A stretch of 64,000 nt of DNA from Peribolospora baueri (Eukaryota): assembly GCA_029717555.1 (NCBI GenBank), contig JAMDHS010000019.1:124001-188000 (forward strand), given 5' to 3'. The position numbers and the translations under genes were made by a program. The notes under the pieces were generated by a model, which saw only the letters and a list, made by a program, of their open reading frames with translations, made no database searches and was not told the DNA's origin. This document shows, one piece after another, positions 50,062-64,000 of this stretch. The stretch's first letter is position 1; each line of letters opens with the position of its first letter.

Positions 50062-51802
50062 ATGCAAGGGCACGACGTGACCCAGAGCAGTCTGAAAGGT
50101 GCGTGATGAGGGCCTCTGGAACGCATCTTGATTTCGTCGGCCGTCGAACCCGTGCTCATCCTCATCCCATTCATATGATGCCTCCCTTCCCAACCCAAAA
50201 GAGCTCGCTCTCGGCTTCCTCTCCCCCAACTTGCACGACGTGAACAACACGTTGAGCAGGTATTTCTCTCCCAAGGCCGTTTACAACGGTGCGGGTATGC
50301 GCATGGTTGGGAGGGAAAAGATTATGCGCGCTTTTGAGCTCCTTAACCGCGTTAGCCATCCGCAAGCGACGGTGGTCACCGACGTGGAATATGACGACAA
50401 GTTAAGTTCGTCCCGCGTATCTGCTTTCTCCGTCTCCGTCTCTTCCATGGCCGCACTGCCCATGTCGAATAAGTTTCTGATCGCCGCTGCGTCCCTCGGA
50501 CCACAAGGAATATGATCGCGACCATCTCGTCCACACGAGTGTTCACCCTCCTCGCCTCTGTCCTCAACGTGTCTTTCGACGTCAAGACCACCGTCCACTT
50601 TGGCTATGATGATGGCCGTCAGGGAGGCACTGGAGAGACACCGACGGAGGCTGGAAAGGCGGTGGAGGTGAAAGAGGGAAGGACGGAGGAAGGCAGGACT
50701 CGCAAGATGGTGGTGACGAGGATCGATGAGAGGTGGCCCGGTGCCATGATGCTTGCTCAGCTGCCCCTCTACCACCTGTGGTGAGCGCTTCGTCCTCAGC
50801 CAAAACATTGGGAGAGGTGATCGACCCCCGACCCCCGGCCCTTGACGTATATCGTGTCGTGTGCTCCACAGGTCAGGCATCATTGCCACGTCCGCCGGCT
50901 TCTTGGCGACCGTTGGAGGCAAGGCAGTCAAGTATGCGGCAGAGCAGCTGGAGTCAACAAGAAAGCCCATCTACCATGAAAAGGTGGCCCTATCCAAGAG
51001 CCTCAAACAGCCCACCTCAGTGACTCAGGCGGCCATCAAAGAGCTTGAGAAGAGGATCAAGCGGGCCGCCCTCTTGCCTCTGAGGGCCGCGGCGAGCATC
51101 ATTTTTCCAATCTGGGTCCCCGACGACACAAATGCAGGCGTCTACCAAGACGCTCTCGATGTCACCTTGCTCAAAGAGCCGGTGGTACCGACTGCGGAAG
51201 CGGAGCTGGCTCTGAGGTCGCAGCACTGCGTGCGGACTCCATACGAGAACGAGCTCAATCCTAGATATCAGTGAGAACGTCGCATCTCTTTCTCGACGCC
51301 GTCAAAATCCTTCCCCTTATCTCTCGTCCCCGCACCCGCTCAAACCATTGCATCGCATCATCTCGCATTTTTTTCCGCCAGCCTCTTCTTCAAAGGCGCC
51401 ACTTGCCCATGTGACGAGCCCCTGCCGCCGTCGGTCGACATGGATCCCGACATCATCTCGACTTCGGACCACTCGATCCGCTCGTACGAGGATGAGATCA
51501 AGAACCCTCACAAGAACGCCGCCTTCGCAGACGTGCGCGACAGGTGGGCCGCCTGGCAGAAGCGCGAACGAGAGCACCACGAGATGAACCTTCGGATGCC
51601 AAACCTTGTGCACGACGTTTCGTCGAGTGAGGAGGAAGAGTCGGAAGTGTCTTCGGAAGAAGAGGTGCCTGCCGTCTGGGGCGAAGAGGCCTACCGCGCC
51701 GGCAAGGACCAGGCCCAACGGAAGAAGAAGGCAGAGGAGTATCAGCTCGCCGACGAGCCCATCCCCCCCTCCAAAGCTTTGGATGCCACCTTTGTCGTCT
51801 GA
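50062..51802 (+). CDS. hypothetical protein with a possible N-terminal NTF2/SnoaL-like fold (5 exons)
   Basis: GT-AG introns join the ORF pieces in frame (MQGHDVTQSSLK|ELAL..RYFSPKAVY..VGREKI..|..KMVVTRIDERW..|SGII..YH|LFFKG..MDPDII..TFVV-stop). The fold guess comes from motif pattern only. Confidence 0.6.
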
Positions 51803-52153
51803 GCCCCGGGCTCGGGCAAGCGTCCTCAATGCTGGGCAGGCCAAAAGTCGCTTCAACCCCTTTCACATATGGTAGCTGTTCTCTCCTCTATTGCCCGACA
51901 CAAGCTTCCCGAGCTGTACATACCTGCCTCTCGATCCGCTGCCTCGTTTTACACCTTCCCTCGCGTCCTCGCCCCGAAAAACGTCTGCCCGAATTTATGT
52001 GTAGCCTAGCGATTCTGATGATTTGATTGAATGTCCATTCGCCGGCACAACCTAAGGGAGCCCGGGAAAGTGGTGCCCAAACTACGGGGGGAAGTAATAG
52101 AAACGCGAAAGAGACCAAGAGCGAGTACGTATACAATAGCAGATGATGAAGAA

Positions 52154-55100
52154 TCACACTTCGGCGGCGATCTTCTCAATGAGAGCTGTGACGGGACATA
52201 AGAGAGCGACAATCCATGAGCTATGCGTAAAACACGAAACGAACCCGAGTCGATGGGACACGTCACGTCACGCTCACCATCCCAAAAGGCCGGGTCGAAT
52301 TGAGAAGCAGCCAACGCGCCTTGGCCGGCCGTGGCGACTGGAGGAACGCTAGCAGGCCCCGTACTGGGACCGAAAAAACCCATACCGCTCGCTTGGCTGA
52401 GAAAGGCGGGATCAGGCGCGCCGCCCATCATGATGTTGACGCCCGGTGCCGCCTCGTACACACCGCCCGTCGCGACGTCGGCCTTGTACCACTGGTCGAA
52501 GAGGCTCTGCGCCGACTCGTCGATCTCATTTCCGGTACTCGGCGTCGTTCCGTTCCCGTTCCCGGCGCCCGGGGACCAACCGACTGGAGAGGCCATTGGA
52601 TACAGCTGCTGAGGGTAGCTGGTGGTGCGCGCATGGCTAGGTGCGGTGACGATACTTGCCACCGGGGACGAAGACAGCGAAGAACCAGTATGCGGCGGCA
52701 CATGGGTGGAAAACGTCGTCGAAGAGGAGTAGGAGTGCTGAGGGTAAGGCGGATTTAATATTGAACGACCGGACTGGCCGAGACCGAGGAGAAGACCCGC
52801 AGCCGCGCCGGCATCTTGAACTTCATCGTCAGGGCGAGGGCTCTTGGCAGGACGGGATGAAGACTCCTGGCCGTCGCGAAGTCGCTTTAGCGGTGGCAGT
52901 CGTCGCTGACTAAGAATGTTGTCCGCCTTAGAGATGAAAAGCTCCATTATGCGCACGTCCCGTTCCGTCATCTCGTCCATCTCTTTGGCACGACGAATCC
53001 GGATGAAGTTTTCGAGATGGCTGCGCAAGTCAGCGGCATCGGGCCCGTGAGGATCGAGAACAAGAGCCTTCATCGGGGTGGAAGAAAGGGAGCAAGAAGA
53101 GGAATTAAAAACTTGTGACAATCGGGAGCAGCGCAAGAACTCCTAACTCACAATTCCAAGCACCATGGTGCTGTTGAACGTCCTGTATGAGCCAACGTGA
53201 GTAGTGTACCCTTTCGGCATGTGCTCCAGATCGTTCAGGAATGCTTGACGAGCGACTGTGGAGACAAGCAAATAAAGGTAAGCGCTATGCGGATGGCGAA
53301 AGGGGGGTATCGTATGACCCCGATGAAAGGCGGAGGAGCTTACGCAAATCTCGTTTTGCTGAATCGACGCAGGCAACATGGCTCGGTCTGTACCTGTCAG
53401 ACGTGCCGCTTCGGAGCAGGTACGGACGGTGCAAGGTGATGCGGACAAAGTACCACTCGGTCTCAAGGAGGTACCGCTGACTGCGAATGGCGATCATATC
53501 AGCAAGCGCCCCAGTCAATGCCCGCCGACTGAGCGCATGCAAGCAGTCAGAGAACGAGAGCTCACCAAGGCAAGAAGTGAAAATGTTGGTCCATTGACAT
53601 ATCCGCATTCGGGAATCGGAAGAAAGCCGGAAGTGAGGCGCGCCATTGTTGAAGCTCGTCCTCGAGCTGAAGGACGTCATTATAGTGCGTCGGAGTGGTG
53701 CTTTGGAAGCCTGCGGCGGGAATAATCCAAATACAAGTAGTGAAATAAGAGGGTCAACGATAGATAGGCGGTTATGCGTCTAGTAAACGGCGTGCGCATC
53801 ATGACCTGACCCAGCAGACTCACAGTCTACAATCTTGCCTATAATGAAAGAAAGCACCCGGCGAACCTTGACGATCGTCAGGATAGACGGCGCGGAAAAG
53901 CCAGGAAGAGGGGGAAAGGAAGGCAAAGGAAAGATATCCTCGGTGTCTTCTTCGTTCGGGGGGAGGACGTCGCAGTATCTGTCGTCGATGGCGAAAGGAC
54001 GACCTAGAATCAAGGCTACGAGGCTGTGGTGGGGACCCGTATCCAATTCAGGGACCGCAAGAATGTTCAGCGTCCCAAATCTCGTACACAAGCTAAGCTC
54101 AGGCACCCAAAGCTCACCGGTCCTGATGGAGGAGGAGGGAAAAGATTCTCCGCCTGGCTTCGGTCTCTTCAGGGCTCAGCCCGAGCTTCTCGCCATCCCT
54201 GTACAATCCGATGGCCTGGGCGGTGCGAACGGACTGGCCGAGGCAGGACCAAGACTCGCTGAGCCGCTTGTCGAGGACGAGGAAGCGAGAGGCCATCATC
54301 AAGGCAATCACCTTGTCCAGGTCCTCCTGACCGATGACGCTGGAGAGCAGCAGCGTCCTCTGACCAGTGAAGTATAGTCGTCGAGCTGCAGCCCTGCATG
54401 CGGCCTGATCGCGGTAAACCCCTTCGGTAGAAAGCGCTGAGACTGCGAGAAGGCTGGTGAGGAGAGCAAAGAAGTTGAGGTTGTCCACCCGAAGGGTTGG
54501 CCGGCCGCTAGGATCAGACCACAGGGCCTCATACTTTCGCCGTATGGTCTTCTGCGGCAACGGCTGGCGCATCCAATTGATGTCCGCGAAGTAGTGGTCG
54601 AGGAGCAGATCGCAGGCCTCGCGCGCCGGCAACTCGGAGACGATCGCGGCCTGCTTACCAGGTGCGAGGCCAAAGTCGGCCATGAGGCGATCGATGGTGT
54701 TCTCCTCTTGCCTCACCTCTCCGTATGCCAGCGTTGGTGTATCTCCCGGCAGCTGTTGACGCCGAAATGTACTAACGCGTGTCAGCGGTGGCACGGCCAT
54801 CGTCCATCCACGCAGAAAACGATACCCACGCTCTCCAGAATCCTATTCGGAGCGACGTTTGCCACCGCACTCGTCCCAAAGAAGCTGCCTTTCGGGCTGA
54901 GCCTAGCACAGTTGACATTCCTCAAGGCAGAGCTCCCCTCCGTTCCCTCTTCGCTCGAATCGCCCGAGCTGCGGGCCCTTTCCATACCAGAGCGCCCCTG
55001 TTGCCGACTTCGACCAGAGGGAGAGGTCCTGGGGCCGCCAGGTTGACTAGAGACGGAGTACGGACGGTACAGATAGCTGTTGTGAGGCGTCTGAGGCATC

Positions 55101-55943
55101 GAGCTGGGCTCTGCGCTGCCTAAGCGTCCGGCGATGTGGGGGAACGCCTCGTCGAGAATTCGCTCCACGCGCGCCAATCGCGTTCCAAGGTCGTTCGGAT
55201 CGTCGCCTTGGGTAAGGCGCCAAATGGACAATGTGAAAATGAGCGTTCACAGAACAATTTTCGTAAAAGCGTCAAATAGAAGCGGAGCGTACTCACCCGG
55301 CTGGAAGGTGCGACATCGTTCGGGGATTTTCCTCGCGATGCAATGCTGACAAGGGGTTTCACGATTGCACTTCTGTTTGCGTCGGTGACACTCGGTGCCT
55401 GTTTTGGAAGCGAGAGCAAACGATGTCAGCATGGCGAGGGCCGTTGGCGAAGGTGAGGGTTGTACGTTGTCTCACAAGAAAAGTGAACTCGAGACCTCTG
55501 TCCGGAGAGATGGCCATGAACGAAAGGAAGGGCGGGGCAGAAAAGTGCAGAGCGTCAGGAGCCAGCCGAGCCAGCCGTTACGATTCGACCTGGGCGTGTC
55601 TGTCCTGCTCAGTGCTCACCTTCGTCTTCCCATGTGGCCCACCGCCACCGCCGCCGACGACGTCTACCGACTCAGCCTTGACGACAGAGCGCCCGCCGCC
55701 GTCCCTGCTCGAAGCTCCCCCAGCACGACCATCACCACTGATACCGCTCCCGTCTCCTTCTCCGTCTTCGTCTCCGTCGCCACTGCGTCCCGCATCCTCC
55801 GTCCTCCGGCCGCGTAGAACCCCGACGTCCTTCAGAACATCGAAGCTGGGGCCAGTACCCGTCGTCTCCGTCCCGGTACCCGCTACCGAGCCGGACCGAG
55901 AAGAAGCTGCGCGAAGCGGCATGATCTCTTCTGCGTGCGCCAT
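52154..55943 (-). CDS. Zn2Cys6 transcription factor with a fungal-specific TF (middle homology) domain
   Basis: CTECHRRKQKCNRETPCQHCIARKIPERC, LPAREACDLLLDHYF, AQAIGLYRDG..EARRRIF...DR, LGRP and ITLHRPYL. The final exon reads ALIEKIAAEV-stop. Confidence 0.9.
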
Positions 55944-56888
55944 GCGCCGTGCGACCTCCGACCCTCTTATCGGACAAAACCGCCTAGAACGTGCCACCGC
56001 TCACAAGTGCCAGGTCCCCGGGGTCGCCTCTGAGCGAGCGAGCGAACGAACGAACGAACGTACGTCTTCGGTCTCCCGCTTCCAGCCGAGGGTTTCCACT
56101 GCTTGATGTGCGCGCCGAAGAGGGCCGAAGGCAGGCAGCCAGCCAGCCGGGGCCTGCGCTCGATCGATCGCACGTCCGTGCGCACTGGGGCCGTCGATCC
56201 GTCCGCCCGTCCGAATAAAAGAACGCCGGTGTCGACGTCGATAACGCAAGGCGCCGACGCGCGTGAACCGCAGCTCGTCTGAGTCGAAGGAGCGAGCCAA
56301 GCCAAGGACGGTTGGGACGGGGTGGGTCTCGCAGCGCGAGGAGACGCCTGGCGCGACCGTCGTGTAAGCGGCGCACGCAGCTGTTGGGAAAAGGAAGCGC
56401 GAGGGTGCAGCGATGAGGTTGAGGAAGGAAGAAGGTGAGCGAGAGTGATGAGAAAATGGAGGTCGATTTGGACGGGTTCGATGCGGGGGCTTCGGGGCAA
56501 GGCGGCCGAAGTGGAGTAGGTGGAATGGAGGCCGGCGGCGATGGTGCCCATCGGGCCGAGCCGCAGAGGGCTGCGGCAAGCCGATGTCGAGTCGGACGTC
56601 GGCCGTTGGGATCGCTGATAACGATCGAAATGGACCGTGCTCCTTCGTGACCGTCCCGATGCCCGGTGCGAGACGACGAGGAGCTCGGTCGGAGGACAAA
56701 CAGACCACAAAAAGCCAGGCAAGGGAAGAAGAAATTCTATCCCTTTTACAGCAGAGTCGCCCTCCTCGCTCGACCGACGCGAACCCGACCAGCACGGTCG
56801 TCGTAACATGAACCATATAACTGACTTAAGAGTGCATCAACGCCGACACGCCCCTCTCTACTTAGCCCGCAAAAAATTCAATCTATGT

Positions 56889-61143
<4,255 letters not shown>

Positions 61144-61959
61144 GATCGGTCGGTCGCTGGGCGAGAGGGAGGTGAAGGCGGACGTGGGCGGAAGGGAAAT
61201 GACGGTGTAATGGGAGCGATGAGAGCAGACCGATGGTGCGACGCTACAGCTAGTCCTGGCTTCTCCCTCTTCTCCACGATGTCATATCACCCTCAAAAGA
61301 GCGAGAGCAACCACCGCTGGTGTTCTGGCGGCGTCGAGAAGCACGTTGTCTCTAACTCGACTTGGAGAGACGTTGGGGCCAGCTCAGAGCAGGAGGTCGA
61401 AGAAAGGGAGGGATGGAGAGAGGGAGGAGAAGGAAGGACGGTCCGCTACGTTCCTTACTTTATTTTGTGGTCGTTTCGGTGGACTGGTGTGGTTGGAAGA
61501 ACAGGTGAGTCGGGGTGCCGCTCACGCCGCGAAGGTTGGTCGCGGTCGGACGGCCCTGGGCGCGTCGGCAAAGAGCGCGCCACGTGGATAACGGATGGGC
61601 GGCGAGGAAGAGAAGATGGGCGGACGGTGCTATCGTCTCGTCCCTCACCTCGACCGTCGGAAGCGGACGCCTCTGCGCAGCATTCATGGCGTACGCTTGA
61701 GCTGCTGTACCCAGCCCATGTGTCTTCCATGGCTCTCTTGCACATTGAGCCGTGCACCTCTCGGCTGCGCACGGCGAGCGGCGGTGGGGTTTGATTAAGG
61801 TCGCTTGCACGCATGCTGGTGAGAGCGAGGTTTAACCTAGCGGCAATGTCTCGTTCCCCATCCGGTCGGACGTACGAAGGAGTGCGTCGGTTCGACCCTC
61901 TCACCAAACGACGTATTTTTGTCGGAAGGGAGGAGAGATGGATGAGCGCAGCAAGCCGC

Positions 61960-62054
61960 GCGGCATTGATGATAAACTCAGTCTCCCTCTTCCGAGCTCG
62001 CGAGCCGAGAAGATAAGACTCTAAACCGGAATCATGATTACTTGTCTGAGCCGC
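61960..62054 (+). ncRNA. candidate box C/D snoRNA
   Basis: Terminal stem GCGGC (61960-64) / GCCGC (62050-54). A 3-nt bulge precedes box C TGATGA (61967-72), and box D CTGA (62046-49) abuts the stem. Stem II extends by further pairs. An internal C'-like ATGATTA lies at 62034-40. Confidence 0.6.
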
Positions 62055-62608
62055 CCCCGTCCGACATGCGCGCACAAACGACGGTGACCAATCTCCGCTG
62101 AGCAACCGAAAGTGAAATGGTGAGAAGGGAGCGGAACATGGGTGGGCGCGATCTGCCTTGAACTCGATCGTCGACGAATGGACGACGACACGAAACCCTA
62201 TTGGGGGACGAGTCTACGGGGCAAAGAAGGGGCGTGGTGTCCGTCTGCGTCCGCGGGCGATAGAACTCGGAGTAGACGGCGCGGTCGTCGAACTCGCCGC
62301 GCCCCGGCACCCGCTCGCTCGCTCCGTTAGCCCTTCTCGCCCAACGTAAAACTGAACGGTCGGTCCGAGCGGCTCGCGGCTCCCCCTTTCAAAGTCGCGA
62401 ACCAGCTTTCGCATTCCCAGCTCTTCAGAGCGGTGCGCATGAACGTCGTTCGAAGCCCTCGAGCTGGACTGACCGTACTAACAGCCTCTAGGACGCTAAC
62501 GCGACCGACTTTGTACGTGAGACCGTCGGAACCGGTCGTCGGTCGTCAGAAAACTAAGTACTTCTGCGCATATACTCACTTTTTTTTTTCCTTCCAGACT
62601 GCTTCAAC

Positions 62609-64000
62609 ATGTCCGCCTCTCGCATCTCGAAGAGGCGCAGGATCGACACCGACGACGCCAACAACGCTGGCCCCAGTCACACGAGGGGAGGCGACAGCGG
62701 GGGCGTCATCCAAGTCGACGAGCAAGAGCCCGACGCTGTCGAGCAAGGGCCCAACGATGTCGACGTTTTCGCCCAAGACGGTTCCAGCGTCCGGCGCCGA
62801 GTGGCACAAGCGGAGGTCATGGCGACCGAGGGCAGGCGCGCCAACCTCGCTCTAAATGCGCAAGCTCGGCTGACCTTCTGGAGAGACGCCGAGCTCGCCG
62901 AGCTCCGGGAAGGGCAGACGCTGCCTGCCAGGAGAGCGTCTCTCTACGAGATGGTCTGCGCCAGGCGCGCCCGCAAGGAAAGGCCTGCGCCGTCGCATGC
63001 CGACACCGACAGGCTCATCCTCGGTCATACCGACACAGTCGCCGCTCTCCAGGCCCTGGCTGATCGCCCACTGCGATTCGATCCGTCGCAGTTTCCGAGA
63101 GCGCTAGTCCGCGTTCGCTATGACACCATCGACGAAGTCGACCACGCCGCGGCGCCATCTGCTCGTTTCGATGTGCGCGTCAAACGCTTCGCGCAGCAAG
63201 ACTTTCGTGAAGTTCTGACGCCCTACGACGCCCATTATTATGCGGACTTCGCCCGGTCGGCGCCCGTCTGGGACGTCTTGGACGACTCGTGCGGGCGGGA
63301 GGACCAAGTTATATGCGCATACATCGGGACGACGGTCGGTGCCTGTATGCGCAGCTCGGCTTCTTCAGTATATGCATGCTCTTTAGACTCTGACGGCCTC
63401 TCTGTAAATCCTGACGGCTTTTTGGATATTTTCTAGCTGGAAGCCCCCTCCACCGCCTCGAAATGGACTCGCAACACGCCATGCGAACCCGTCTGGCAAA
63501 CTTTGCGAAAGTCTCCGGCGGCTGGTCCGGCTGGGAATGCTGGGAGTTTTCCGAATTGGCGTTTCCCGTGAACGCTCCAAACGCCGACTCTCCTAGTCCT
63601 CTGACGCCCCTGCAAATGTTCCGACTCGCTTCGAGGGACGTTGGGTGCGTCGAGGCTTTCCTCATCGATACCGCCGGCCAGACGGCCGTAAACTCGGCCC
63701 CGGGCGGCATAGAGGAGGGCGACTGGGTCGTCCCAGAAGAGGCTATTCAGTTGCGAGACAAGGTGAGCCGGTTTGTATCGGCCACTGCCAAGTCCTGGCT
63801 TAATCCCCTCCGATTTATCTGGTTCAGATCCTTAAAGGCCAGCAGGCCATCTTCACCGAGCCTGTTCCCAGTGACGAGCTAGATCGGCGCAGGGAACAGG
63901 TCAACAAGCTCTTCCGTGTCTCTCAGGCCCGTTACCTTGCCCTAGGGGTCGAGGGCAAGGTTATGTGCGACCGAGGCCTGGAAACGGCGATTACGAACGC
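62609..64000 (+). CDS. unknown protein with divergent GIY-YIG-like motifs; 3' end lies beyond the window
   Basis: ATG follows a strong 3' splice site (62597). Introns at about 63339/63345-63436 and 63763-63827 keep one frame open to the edge. Motifs are YIGTT..HRLE..VEAFLI..NSAPGG. Confidence 0.65.

Noticed and set aside
61838..61906. Pol III A/B-box or tRNA-like motifs ending in CCA
   Set aside because: No D, anticodon or T arms can be formed. The pairing fits a three-way junction instead.
61940..62054. Resemblance to U3 snoRNA boxes B/C/D
   Set aside because: No U3 5' domain (box A/A' 18S-pairing sequence) is visible upstream, so it is kept only as a generic C/D candidate.
61455..62105. 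216-aa minus-strand ORF
   Set aside because: No ATG start or domain signal, and it is antisense to the ncRNA candidates. Long ORFs arise by chance at this GC content.

Overview
Gene-dense, GC-rich, intron-rich fungal genomic DNA, probably from a basidiomycete (GT-AG introns with CTGAC/CTAAC branch sites; the lineage is inferred). About 20 spliced protein-coding genes can be reconstructed, in this order: KAR2/BiP, RAD2/XPG, complex I subunit NDUFB8, M20 carboxypeptidase S, PAF-acetylhydrolase, MCP1/DUF1691, mitochondrial SerRS, cullin-3, a divergent AGC kinase, an ALE1-type MBOAT, a stand-alone Nug1/GNL3 N-terminal protein, an SDR, a Zn2Cys6 factor, a MAPEG protein, the dicarboxylate carrier, a YANK/STK32-like kinase, an NTF2-like hypothetical, a second Zn2Cys6 factor, PMR1, and an unknown gene cut off by the window edge. 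The most notable region is the right end (61.5-64 kb). There, a well-formed box C/D (K-turn) RNA candidate and an adjacent three-way-junction RNA structure appear to lie in a long 5'-UTR intron of a gene with divergent GIY-YIG-like nuclease motifs. Other oddities are the GTPase-less Nug1 fragment, the kinase lacking its Gly-loop and DFG, and several small duplications and hairpins. All exon boundaries were read by eye and no database searches were run.
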